A stretch of 64,000 nt of DNA from a bacterium (lineage in GTDB: Bacteria; UBA8248). Numbering within the stretch: the first letter of the stretch is position 1; each line of letters starts with the position of its first letter. The stretch lies in NCBI GenBank assembly GCA_965261085.1, contig OZ253442.1:1568001-1632000 (forward strand), given 5' to 3'. Position numbers and translations under genes: made by a program. The notes under the pieces are model-generated. The model was not told where the DNA came from and did no database searches. It was given only the letters and a program-made list of their open reading frames with translations. Shown here piece by piece: positions 1-9,506 of the stretch.

Positions 1-1045
1 TTTCCGAGGATAGGAATTTCGACACCGAATCCGCAGTCCATTCCACCAGCGACACGGCGCGATCGTAGCGCATGCGCTTGGGCCCGATGATGCCGATGCT
101 GCCCAGCGGGCGGTCGTCCATGTAGTAGCGCTGGGCGACGATGCTGCAATCCTTCATTTCTTCGAAATCGTTCTCGGAGCCGATGAGAATCGTGATGTCC
201 GAGGATTCAAGACACTTGTCCAGCAGGCGCACGAGTTTTTCCCTCTCCTCGAACGTACGGTAGAGAGACTGGAGCTTCTCGGTGTTGGTGGCGAAGTCCG
301 GCTGTGAGAACACGCGCGAGGCCCCTTCCACGAAAAGGGATTCCTGCGCGTCTTCGGATTCTGAGAGCGCCTCTTTGCTGAGCTTGAGGGCTAGCTGGAA
401 GAGAGTGTCGAGGTTGTCCCGCGCATGGGACATTTTCTGGATGATCTTCTCGCGCACCTCCCTCAAGGCGACGCCGCTGAATTCCTCGTTCAGCAGGTTC
501 GAAATCCTGTTCAACTCGTCCTGGCTGATGGGGGCCTCCATCGGAATGACGCGGTTCTGAACCACCCCGCTCATCGAGACGATGACGGCCAGGGTTTTTT
601 CCTCCGACATCTTCACGAAATTGATGTGCTTGAAGTGGAGTTGCTCCCCTGCGGGCAGGAGCACGAGCCCCGCCGTGTTGGTGAGTTCGGAGAGCACGCG
701 CGTCGCCTGTGCGAGCACTTGTTCGATTTGAGCGGCCTGCGCGGTAGCGCCTAAGCGCATGGATTCCTGCTCCTCGCTCGTGAGGGTATGGGAATCCATC
801 AGGTCGTCGACGAAAAAGCGATACCCCAAGTCGGTAGGGAGCCTGCCGGAGGAGATGTGGGACTTGGTGAGGAAGCCCGCATCGGCCAGGTCGCTCATGA
901 TGTTGCGGATGGTGGCGGGGCTCAGGGCCAGGTCTGAATGCTTCGAGAGCGTGCGACTCCCCACGGGTTCGCCCGTATCCACGAAAATGTTGATGATGGC
1001 GCGCAGGATTTCCCGGTTTCTCCGGGCAAGTTCCAGGGCGTCCAT
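1..1045 (-). CDS. hrcA: Heat-inducible transcription repressor HrcA (3' end outside window)
   Basis: Manual translation MDALELARRNREILRAIINIFVDTGEPVGSRTLSKHSDLALSPATIRNIMSDL...SPHISSGRLPTDLGYRFFVD, plus C-terminal GIIGPKRMRYD. GGAGG RBS and an upstream CIRCE. Confidence 0.95.
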   Translation of the reverse strand, partial: MDALELARRNREILRAIINIFVDTGEPVGSRTLSKHSDLALSPATIRNIMSDLADAGFLTKSHISSGRLPTDLGYRFFVDDLMDSHTLTSEEQESMRLGATAQAAQIEQVLAQATRVLSELTNTAGLVLLPAGEQLHFKHINFVKMSEEKTLAVIVSMSGVVQNRVIPMEAPISQDELNRISNLLNEEFSGVALREVREKIIQKMSHARDNLDTLFQLALKLSKEALSESEDAQESLFVEGASRVFSQPDFATNTEKLQSLYRTFEEREKLVRLLDKCLESSDITILIGSENDFEEMKDCSIVAQRYYMDDRPLGSIGIIGPKRMRYDRAVSLVEWTADSVSKFLSSE

Positions 1046-1089
1046 TCCGAGTGCCTCCCGGTGGGGCGTCTTCCCCGCTGAATTTTGGT

Positions 1090-1116
1090 GTGGCACTCAA
1101 GGGGATTGAGTGCTAA
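1090..1116 (-). promoter_or_regulatory. CIRCE operator upstream of hrcA
   Basis: Minus strand TTAGCACTC-N9-GAGTGCCAC versus consensus TTAGCACTC-N9-GAGTGCTAA. Confidence 0.93.
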
Positions 1117-1123
1117 TTTATGC

Positions 1124-1152
1124 ACGATATGGGGGGATTTTCCCCGTGTCAA
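1124..1152 (-). promoter_or_regulatory. sigma70-type promoter of hrcA
   Basis: Minus strand TTGACA-17 bp-TATCGT just upstream of the CIRCE. Confidence 0.7.
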
Positions 1153-1250
1153 GCGGGTGGCGCAGGGTTAGGGGGAGTGGTTTTCCGAACCGGAAGTCTA
1201 AACCCCGGGGTCTGCGCCGAGTTGAGCGAAAGAGGCCGATTTTCTAAGGA

Positions 1251-3485
1251 ATGCAGATGCCGAACGCATGGACGAGAGCCTTTCGGGCGATTTGGAGACG
1301 ATGGTTCGGGCGTCGGACGCCGTCGCGCTCCCCATCCGTCCGCGAAACCGGGGATTCGGCGCGCTCGCGCATCGCCCAGTCGCGCCGGGCGAACCGGAAG
1401 TTCCAGTATTGCACGATAAGCGCGACGTTCATTTTGATAGTGATATTGAGTTTTCTCTCCTACCGGCTCTACGTGGACACCAAGGCCGAGACCGAGGAGA
1501 GGTCCAACCGCCGCCAGCTTCTTCTCGTGGAGCAGTCCGGCGATAGAATCGCCTCGTTCCTGGAGGCGCTCACGGCGTCTTTGCGCTACAGCGCGGGGTT
1601 TCTGCGCACCATCGAACCCGATCATCCCGGACGAATGGCGGTGATGATGGGATTGTACGAAAGGCTGGGCGGAAGGTTCCGCGTGAGCGAGCTGGGCTAT
1701 TTGCAGGAAAACGATGGGCAGATCGCCACCATACCGAAGGAATACCTCGAAAGACTGGCGAACTGCTCCTGGCCGAAGGGCGCCTGTATCCTCGTCATTC
1801 GCGACGAAGCCCAAAGGGTCTCCTCCTTGTTCGCGGCGGTGCCGGTGGAATCCAGAGGGGATGGGACTGAAGGAGTTGAGGCGCAGCGAAAGCGCGACTG
1901 GCTCTACGCGCAAATTTCCATGGCGGATCTGGTGCGCGCCTTCGTCGAGCCCGTTCAATCGGGAGGCCGCGAGCGGGCGTGGCTCGTGGACGGGACGGGC
2001 AGAATCATACTCCCTCCGGGCATCCCCCGGCTGGAGGGGGTTCATTTGTCCACCCTCGCGCGCGAATTGGGAGATGTGAGACTCGAAAAACTGGCCGGGC
2101 GCATGAAGAAAGAGGACAACGGTTTCGATTGGCATCTCGACCTCAGGCCCGATAAGAAAGAAAAACGCATGCGTTACCTGACGGCTTTCAGCAACTTCCC
2201 TGTCGGGCATGAGAAGTGGACTTTCGCTCTCACGGCGCCGTCTACCGAGTTCGTCGGTCTGATCGGGCGCTTGTTCCGAAAAGGTCTGCTCTTGACGGCT
2301 TTCGGGTTCGTCGCCTTGATTCTGGCCGCTCTTTTGATACTCGACCGCGAGCGCAGGCGCATACGGGCCGAGGATAGAATCCACTGGTCCGAGCAGGTGC
2401 TGGAGAGCAACAGACGCCTTCAGGCCCTGTTCGACGGCATCACGGACGCCATCGGCATTCTGGATGAGGATTTCCGCATCCGAATGCTCAATCGCTCGAT
2501 GGGCAGACTCTTCGGACGCGAGACATCCGATTTGCTGGATCAGAAATGGGAGATATCGCCGCTCACCGCGGTGCCGGAGTCTTTCGTCGAGCGATCCCTC
2601 GTCGTCAATACGTTCGCGACCGGCGAACCGGGCTTTTTCGAAAAGTCGATTTCGTGGGAAGATGGGCGCCGGATGGATATGGAATACTATACCTATCCGA
2701 TTCTCGACGCCTCGGGAGCGACGCTCCAAGTGATTTTGTATTTGAAGGATGTGACCGAGCGCAAGGCGCTCGAAAAAGAAGTTCTCCAAAGCGACAGACT
2801 CTCGATCGTCGGCAAGATGAGCGCCCAGGTGGCGCATTCCATACGCAATCCCCTCTCGGCCATCAACTTGAACTCGGAATTGCTCGGCGATGAATTGGCG
2901 CAATTCAAGGAGGCGGACACCTCCGAGGCGTGGGCGCTGCTCAAATCCGTGAGGGCGGAGGTGGATATCCTCGGCCAGGTGACGGCCGATTATCTCAAAT
3001 TCGTGCGGATGCCCAGTTTGGAGAGGACGCCGGTCGACTGCAACGATATGCTCGAGGATTTGCTGGACCAGCACGCGGAAGTGGCGGTGGGCAGGAAGAT
3101 CCGGATCGAAAAGGATTTCGAAAGAGACATCCCCGAGGTCGTCCTGGATGAAACGCAAATGCGCGTCGCGATTCAGAATCTCATCTTGAACGGTTTTGAC
3201 GCGATGCCCGATGGCGGTCGCCTGCTGGTGAAGACCGAATCGGAAAATCAGCACCTCGCTATCCGGATTTCGGACAGCGGCAAGGGCATCAGCCTCGAGG
3301 AGCAGGCTTCTTTGTTTACGCCGTTTTTCACGACGAAGGCGAACGGAACCGGCCTAGGCCTCGTGTTGAGCCAACAAATCATCACCGAGCACAACGGGAG
3401 CATCCACTTCGAGAGCGAGGAGGGGACGGGCGCCACCTTCATCGTCGAACTCCCGCTCGCCGTTGCGCAGGAGGCGAAGGTATGA
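1251..3485 (+). CDS. Membrane sensor histidine kinase (periplasmic Cache-like, PAS, HisKA, HATPase); start codon uncertain
   Basis: Two TM segments, H-box AHSIRNPL, N-box NLILNG, DSGKG, FTPFFTTK and GTGLGL. Confidence 0.9.
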   Translation: MQMPNAWTRAFRAIWRRWFGRRTPSRSPSVRETGDSARSRIAQSRRANRKFQYCTISATFILIVILSFLSYRLYVDTKAETEERSNRRQLLLVEQSGDRIASFLEALTASLRYSAGFLRTIEPDHPGRMAVMMGLYERLGGRFRVSELGYLQENDGQIATIPKEYLERLANCSWPKGACILVIRDEAQRVSSLFAAVPVESRGDGTEGVEAQRKRDWLYAQISMADLVRAFVEPVQSGGRERAWLVDGTGRIILPPGIPRLEGVHLSTLARELGDVRLEKLAGRMKKEDNGFDWHLDLRPDKKEKRMRYLTAFSNFPVGHEKWTFALTAPSTEFVGLIGRLFRKGLLLTAFGFVALILAALLILDRERRRIRAEDRIHWSEQVLESNRRLQALFDGITDAIGILDEDFRIRMLNRSMGRLFGRETSDLLDQKWEISPLTAVPESFVERSLVVNTFATGEPGFFEKSISWEDGRRMDMEYYTYPILDASGATLQVILYLKDVTERKALEKEVLQSDRLSIVGKMSAQVAHSIRNPLSAINLNSELLGDELAQFKEADTSEAWALLKSVRAEVDILGQVTADYLKFVRMPSLERTPVDCNDMLEDLLDQHAEVAVGRKIRIEKDFERDIPEVVLDETQMRVAIQNLILNGFDAMPDGGRLLVKTESENQHLAIRISDSGKGISLEEQASLFTPFFTTKANGTGLGLVLSQQIITEHNGSIHFESEEGTGATFIVELPLAVAQEAKV

Positions 3486-4861
3486 GCGAACACGACGGGG
3501 TGCGCGTGCTGGTGGTGGACGACAAGCGCGGCAGCCGCGAAGCCCTCCAGAAGATGATCGCCAAGGAAGGGTTCGACGTCGCCATGGCCCACGACGCGGA
3601 AACCGCCGCCGAGAAGTTCGGCGCCGAGCCCGTGAATCTGGTGATTACCGATCTCAGAATGCCCGGAATGGACGGCATCGGTTTGCTGAAGGAAGTGAAA
3701 CGCCTCAGCCCGGATACGGAAGTGATTCTGATTTCCGGCGCCGGGAGCATCGAGTCGGCCGTCGAGGCGATGCGCGAGGGGGCGTATGATTTTCTGACCA
3801 AGCCCCTGGAGCGCGTGGTCGTCTTGAAGGCGATAGACAAAGCGCTCGAAAAACAGACCCTCATGCGAGAGAACGCGGATTTGAGGGCGCAGCTCCAGAG
3901 CCTGAGGGACACCTCGGGCATGATGGGGGACCACCCCTCGATTCGCCGGGTGAAGGATATGGTTCGCCAGGTCGCGCCCACCTCCGCCAACGTCCTCATT
4001 CTGGGCGAGAGCGGAACGGGCAAGGAACTGGTGGCGAGCGCCCTGCACGAAGGGAGCGAGAGGGCGGGCAAGGCGATGGTGAAGGTGAACTGCGCCGCGC
4101 TGCCGGAGACGCTCCTTGAGAGCGAACTGTTCGGCTACGAGCGCGGGGCGTTTACGGGCGCCGTGGGCCGCAAGGAGGGCCGTTTCAAGATCGCGCACGG
4201 GGGTACGCTGTTTCTCGATGAAATCGGGGACATGCCCCTCGTGTTGCAGCCGAAGATTCTTCGTGTATTACAGGAGGGGGAATTCGAACGCGTCGGCGGG
4301 ATCGAGACGCTCAAGGTGGACGCGCGAATCGTGGCTTCCACCAACGCGGACTTGCAAACCGCCGTGGCCGAGAAGACGTTCCGCGGGGATCTCTACTATC
4401 GCCTGAACGTGATCACCATCCACCTGCCCGCCCTGAGAGATCGGCGAAGCGATATTCCGCTGATCGCCGAGCATTTCCTCCAGCGCTTCGCCGCGAAGAA
4501 CAACCGGCCCGTTCTCGCGTTTTCGCGCGAGGCGCTCGATGCGATGTCGAACTACCATTGGCCGGGAAACGTGCGTGAACTCGAAAACATGGTGGAGCGC
4601 GCCGTGGTGTTGGGCCGTGGAGTAATTCTCTCGATGGATGACCTCCCTGCGCAGGTCGCACGGGGCGAGCCCACGAACGGGGAGCAGTCGATGGCGCCCG
4701 ACTCGCCGCTCATCAACCTCGAAGTCGGCACCCCGCTCGCGGAAGTCGAGCGGCGGGTCATTCTGGAGACTCTCCGGCATACGGGCGGCGACAAGAGCGC
4801 CGCCGCCCGCCTCTTGGGAATCGCCACGCGCACCATTTACCGGAAGCTGGACGGGAGTTGA
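3482..4861 (+). CDS. sigma54-dependent response regulator (NtrC/AtoC/ZraR family)
   Basis: Receiver domain, GESGTGKE, GAFTGA, LFLDEIG, WPGNVRELEN and a Fis-type HTH. Overlaps the kinase stop (ATGA). Confidence 0.95.
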   Translation: MSEHDGVRVLVVDDKRGSREALQKMIAKEGFDVAMAHDAETAAEKFGAEPVNLVITDLRMPGMDGIGLLKEVKRLSPDTEVILISGAGSIESAVEAMREGAYDFLTKPLERVVVLKAIDKALEKQTLMRENADLRAQLQSLRDTSGMMGDHPSIRRVKDMVRQVAPTSANVLILGESGTGKELVASALHEGSERAGKAMVKVNCAALPETLLESELFGYERGAFTGAVGRKEGRFKIAHGGTLFLDEIGDMPLVLQPKILRVLQEGEFERVGGIETLKVDARIVASTNADLQTAVAEKTFRGDLYYRLNVITIHLPALRDRRSDIPLIAEHFLQRFAAKNNRPVLAFSREALDAMSNYHWPGNVRELENMVERAVVLGRGVILSMDDLPAQVARGEPTNGEQSMAPDSPLINLEVGTPLAEVERRVILETLRHTGGDKSAAARLLGIATRTIYRKLDGS

Positions 4862-4933
4862 TCGCTGGCGCATGCCGCTTCATGAGCGGGTTGTGCTAAG
4901 GTGTTGTGCGAAAATCTGCGTGGGAGTTTGCCG

Positions 4934-5587
4934 ATGCGGGGTCGTTTCATCACGTTCGAGGGTGTGGAGGGTTGCGGCAAGTCGACCCAGATGGCGCGCC
5001 TGCACGCGTGGATGGAAGAGGCGGGACTCGCGGTTCTCGCCACGCGCGAGCCCGGCGGCACGGAAGTAGGGGAGGGGATTCGCGAGTTGCTCCTTGCTCC
5101 GCGCGATGAGGGCCTGGGCGCCGCCACGGAACTCCTGCTCTACGAGGCGGACAGGGCGCAGCACGTGAGCGAGGTAATTCTGCCGGCACTCGAGGCGGGC
5201 GCCCACGTTCTTTGCGATCGGTTCTTTGATTCCACGACGGCGTATCAGGCCTTTGGACGGGGGCTGGATGAGCGCATGGTGCTGGAGATGAACCGGATGG
5301 CGAGCGGTGGACTTGTCCCCGAACTGACGCTGCTGTTCTCCGTAGCGATTGAGGAAGGCCTCGGGCGCGCGCGGGGGGAGAGCGCGGGTGATCGGCTCGA
5401 GGGCGAGAGCTTGGCGTTTCACCGAAAAGTGCAGGCGGGCTTCGCGGCGCTGGCGGCGCGCGAGCCCGGGCGTTTTCGCGTGCTGGGCGAGGGCGCGATC
5501 GAGGAGGTGCACGAAGAGGTGGTGGCCATCGTGAAGGAAAGATTCGAATGGGCTGGAAATCCATCCGCGGCCAGGACGCGGCTTTAG
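4934..5587 (+). CDS. tmk: Thymidylate kinase
   Basis: FITFEGVEGCGKST, TREPGGT and CDRFFDSTTAYQ motifs. Confidence 0.95.
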   Translation: MRGRFITFEGVEGCGKSTQMARLHAWMEEAGLAVLATREPGGTEVGEGIRELLLAPRDEGLGAATELLLYEADRAQHVSEVILPALEAGAHVLCDRFFDSTTAYQAFGRGLDERMVLEMNRMASGGLVPELTLLFSVAIEEGLGRARGESAGDRLEGESLAFHRKVQAGFAALAAREPGRFRVLGEGAIEEVHEEVVAIVKERFEWAGNPSAARTRL

Positions 5588-6573
5588 ACCTGCTGAGAAG
5601 GGACTTATCCTCCGGGCAGGTGGCGGGCGCTTATATGTTTTATGGCCCCGACGGGGTCGGCAAGGCGAGCGCGGCGCGTCTTTTCGCCCAGACCCTCCAA
5701 TGCGCCGGCGATGCTCCGCCGTGCGGGGTCTGTAGGGCGTGCGAGAAGGTGCGCGCGAACGTCCATCCCGACGTCGTCTCCATCGGCCCGGTCGCGGGGT
5801 CGCGCTCCATCAAGGCGGAGGAGATCAGAGAAGAGGTGATCCGGCGCGCCCATCAGCGTCCCAACGAGGGGATGTGGCAGGTCTTCATCATCGAAGACGC
5901 GCATCTGCTGACGCGGGTGAGCCAGAACGCTCTGCTCAAGACGCTGGAGGAGCCGAGCGCCGGCACGATTTTGATTCTGGTGACGCCGAACCTCCACATG
6001 CTGCTGCCGACGATCATCTCGCGTTGCCGGAGGCTCAGGTTCCAGGCTCTGCCTCGTGCGGATATGGTCGCTATTCTCGAGGAACGATGCGGGGACGATG
6101 GGGCGGACGTGGAAAAACTCGTCTCTCTCAGCATGGGGAGGCTGGGCGTCGCCCTATCTTCTGACGTCGAGGCTCTCTCCGAGCGCCGGGACGAGGCGAT
6201 GAGGTTCCTGGAGGAGTTGAGCGCGCCGGCGGGCCGGGCGGACGAGGTAGTCCTCATCACGCTCGCCTCCGAACGGGCGGGCAGCGGGGCTTCGGGCAGA
6301 AACGAGACAATTCTCTTTTTGGAAATGCTTCGCGGGCTGCTTCGCGATATACTCATCACGCAGGAAGCGCCCGAGGCGATAGAATTGTGGCACACGGATA
6401 TTCGGGCGGCGTTGGCCGCCATGGGAGAGCGCTGGGGAAGCGCAGGTCTGACCAAGGCCCTCGAGAGGGTGGGGTCGGCCATGCGCGACGTGGGCGGCGG
6501 GAATACCAACCCGTCCCTGACGCTCGAAACTTTGGTATATTCCCTGCGGGAGACAGTTCCCGCCGGGGTTTGA
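5548..6573 (+). CDS. holB: DNA polymerase III delta' subunit
   Basis: GPDGVGK, Zn finger (C...CGVCRAC), HPDV, NALLKTLEEP, LLPTIISRC; follows tmk. Confidence 0.93.
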   Translation: MGWKSIRGQDAALDLLRRDLSSGQVAGAYMFYGPDGVGKASAARLFAQTLQCAGDAPPCGVCRACEKVRANVHPDVVSIGPVAGSRSIKAEEIREEVIRRAHQRPNEGMWQVFIIEDAHLLTRVSQNALLKTLEEPSAGTILILVTPNLHMLLPTIISRCRRLRFQALPRADMVAILEERCGDDGADVEKLVSLSMGRLGVALSSDVEALSERRDEAMRFLEELSAPAGRADEVVLITLASERAGSGASGRNETILFLEMLRGLLRDILITQEAPEAIELWHTDIRAALAAMGERWGSAGLTKALERVGSAMRDVGGGNTNPSLTLETLVYSLRETVPAGV

Positions 6574-6582
6574 GGTGAGCGA

Positions 6583-7521
6583 ATGAGTGATACATCGAAT
6601 GGCGGCGTCGCCCTCGAGGCGGCGCCCGAGACGCGCAAAATCGGCGTGGTCGGGGTCAAGACGCGCTTCGGCGCGCGGCCGGTTCATCACACCTACGGGG
6701 AATTGCGCCTTCGCGTCGGCATGAAGGTCATGCTCAAGAGCAACGATGGGGATACGGAGTTCGGCGAGATATCCGAGAATCCCCGGGTCATGGGTTCGCG
6801 CTATTATCCCGAGCCCCTCCCCGAGGTGTTGCGGATGGCCACCGAGGATGATGAGAAAAAGGTGGTCCGCACCGAGGCGAACGAGAAAAACGCCTATGAT
6901 TTTTGCCGGACGAAAATATCGGAACTCAAACTGCCCATGCGCCTCATCGAGGTTCGCTACATTCACTCGAACAAAAAGGCGACGTTTTATTTCTCCTCCG
7001 ACGGGCGCGTGGATTTCCGCAAACTGGTGCGGGTGCTCGCCGAGCGCCTCTCCGTTCGTGTGGAGATGCGCCAGATCGGCGTGCGCGACGAGGCGGGCAT
7101 GAAGGGCGGTTGTGGAGATTGCGGGCGCACCTATTGCTGCAGTTCCTTTCTCAAGTCGTTCGACCCCATTTCCGTCCGCATGGCGAAGGATCAGAGTCTG
7201 AGCTTAAATCCCGTCAAACTTTCCGGCGGCTGCGGGCGGCTCAAGTGCTGCCTTCGCTTCGAGCATTCCCACTACGTGTCGGTGAAGAAGAAATTGCCCG
7301 CGTGCAAGAAGAAAGTCGGCGGCTGCAACTGCGGCGCGACCGTCGTGCGTCAGGACCTGCTCAAAGAAGAGGTCACCCTGGCTCTCGAAACGGGAGATTT
7401 CATGACGGTTCACGCGAAGGATTTGATGCGCTTGCCCACGGGCCAGTTCTCGCTTAAAGCCGCCGTCGAGACCGATGCGCCCGGAGATGTTCCAAATAAG
7501 GAAAACGGCCCGAAACGATGA
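6583..7521 (+). CDS. ricT: PSP1-domain protein RicT/YaaT
   Basis: RVDFRKLV, MRQIGVRDEA, CGRTYCC, KLSGGCGRLKCCL; conserved holB-ricT synteny. Confidence 0.88.
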   Translation: MSDTSNGGVALEAAPETRKIGVVGVKTRFGARPVHHTYGELRLRVGMKVMLKSNDGDTEFGEISENPRVMGSRYYPEPLPEVLRMATEDDEKKVVRTEANEKNAYDFCRTKISELKLPMRLIEVRYIHSNKKATFYFSSDGRVDFRKLVRVLAERLSVRVEMRQIGVRDEAGMKGGCGDCGRTYCCSSFLKSFDPISVRMAKDQSLSLNPVKLSGGCGRLKCCLRFEHSHYVSVKKKLPACKKKVGGCNCGATVVRQDLLKEEVTLALETGDFMTVHAKDLMRLPTGQFSLKAAVETDAPGDVPNKENGPKR

Positions 7522-9467
7522 GCAAAAAACCATTTTACGTCTCTACGCCGATATATTACGTCAACGACAAGCCGCATCTCGGTCATGCCTACACGACGGT
7601 GGCGTGCGACGCCAAGGCCCGCTTCCACAGGCTGCGCGGCGAGCCGACGCAGTTTCTCACCGGAACCGACGAGCACGGCCAGAAGCTCGAGCGCGCGGCC
7701 AGAGAAGCCGGCATGTCGCCCCTGGCGTTCTGCGACATGAACAGCGCGAAGTTCCGCGAACTCTGGGAGAAGCTCGATATCTCCTATGACGATTACATCC
7801 GCACGACGGAGGAGCGCCACATTCGCGGCGTGCAGGAACTCTGGCGCCGCGTGGAGGCGGCGGGCGACATCTACCTGGGCGCCTACGCCGGCTGGTACGC
7901 CGTTCGGGACGAGGCCTTCTACACCGAGAGCGAACTCACGGAAGCCCCCGGAGGCGTGAAACTCGGCCCCACGGGTGCGGAGGTCGAATGGGTGGAGGAG
8001 CCGAGCTATTTCTTTCGACTGAGCAATTACGCCGAGCCGCTCCTCGCGCACTATGAGAAAAATCCCCTGTTCGTTCAGCCCGAGAGCCGAAGAAACGAGG
8101 TGATGAGCTTCGTGCGGGGCGGACTCAAGGATCTTTCCCTCTCACGCACGAGCTTTCAGTGGGGAATCCCCGTGCCGGGGGATGAGAAACACGTGATCTA
8201 CGTGTGGTTCGACGCGCTGAGCAACTACCTGACCGCTCCGGGCTTCGATGAGAACGGGGTTCGCGAGGGAAGCCCCTGGCCGACGGACCAGCATTTCATC
8301 GGCAAGGACATTCTGAGGTTTCACGCGGTCTACTGGCCCGCCTTTTTGCTCTCCGCCGGGGTTCCCCTGCCGGGCCAAGTCTTCAGCCACGGGTGGTGGA
8401 CGGTCGAGGGCCAGAAGATGTCCAAGAGCCTGGGCAACGCGGTCGACCCGCACTGGCTGATCGAGGAATACGGCGTCGACGCCATCCGCTATTTCCTGCT
8501 CAAGGAAATCCCCTTCGGGCTGGATGGGGATTTCTCCCACAACGCGCTGATCGACCGCATCAACAGCGACCTGGCGAACGATCTGGGAAACCTGCTGCAC
8601 CGGACCCTGAGCATGGTGAAGCGCTACAGAGAGGGCCGGCTGGAGCGCTCCCCGGCGGGCGATTCCGAGGCGGAGAGCGCGTTTCGCGAGTTCGTCGCCG
8701 AGGCGGCCGTGAAATACGAGCGCGGCATGTCGGCGACCCGCTTCCAGCACGGCTTGAGGGCCGCTTGGGAGGTGATTTCCTGCGCGAATAAATACATCGA
8801 CTCGAACGCCCCCTGGGCGCTCGCCAAAGAGGGCGACGAAGCCCGCCTTGGTTCGGTGCTCTGGCACGCGGTGGCGGCGATTCGCGTCGTCGCGGCCATG
8901 ATATCGCCCGTCATGCCCGCCTCCGCGCAGAAGATAGCGGCGCAACTCGGTCTGGCCGAAGACTGGGCGAGCGCGCCTTATTCCGAATTGATGGACATGC
9001 GGGGGTTGCCGGAGGAGCTGATCACCAGGCTTGGGCTTCCTCTGTTTCCGCGCATCGAGGCTGAGGCGAAAGAAGCCATCCAGGAGAAGGTGGCCAGGCG
9101 CATCGCCGGTGGTGCGGAGGCCGCGCCGGAAGAGGATGCGAAAGAGCGGATATCCTTCAAGGAATTTCAGAAAATGGATTTGCGCACCGCCCAGGTGCTC
9201 GAAGCCGAGCGTATTCCGAAGTCGAAAAATTTGCTGAAGCTCACCGTTTCTCTCGGAGAGGAAACTCGGACCGTCGTGGCGGGTCTGGCGAAACACTACG
9301 CGCCCGAGGATTTGCGGGGCCGCCAGGTGATCCTGGTGGCCAATCTCGAGCCCGCGAAGCTCATGGGCGTCGAGTCGCAGGGCATGGTCCTCGCCGCCGA
9401 GGATGGCGAGAAGCTCCTGCTCGCAGGCGTGGATAAAGCGGTGGCGCCGGGCGCGCCGATTAGGTGA
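7518..9467 (+). CDS. metG: Methionine--tRNA ligase with C-terminal tRNA-binding domain
   Basis: HLGH (HIGH), GTDEHG, KMSKS and a C-terminal OB fold (ESQGMVL). Confidence 0.97.
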   Translation: MSKKPFYVSTPIYYVNDKPHLGHAYTTVACDAKARFHRLRGEPTQFLTGTDEHGQKLERAAREAGMSPLAFCDMNSAKFRELWEKLDISYDDYIRTTEERHIRGVQELWRRVEAAGDIYLGAYAGWYAVRDEAFYTESELTEAPGGVKLGPTGAEVEWVEEPSYFFRLSNYAEPLLAHYEKNPLFVQPESRRNEVMSFVRGGLKDLSLSRTSFQWGIPVPGDEKHVIYVWFDALSNYLTAPGFDENGVREGSPWPTDQHFIGKDILRFHAVYWPAFLLSAGVPLPGQVFSHGWWTVEGQKMSKSLGNAVDPHWLIEEYGVDAIRYFLLKEIPFGLDGDFSHNALIDRINSDLANDLGNLLHRTLSMVKRYREGRLERSPAGDSEAESAFREFVAEAAVKYERGMSATRFQHGLRAAWEVISCANKYIDSNAPWALAKEGDEARLGSVLWHAVAAIRVVAAMISPVMPASAQKIAAQLGLAEDWASAPYSELMDMRGLPEELITRLGLPLFPRIEAEAKEAIQEKVARRIAGGAEAAPEEDAKERISFKEFQKMDLRTAQVLEAERIPKSKNLLKLTVSLGEETRTVVAGLAKHYAPEDLRGRQVILVANLEPAKLMGVESQGMVLAAEDGEKLLLAGVDKAVAPGAPIR

Positions 9468-9506
9468 AGACGAGACGCCCCGCCCAGAAGAATTGGAGTT
9501 TGTGGA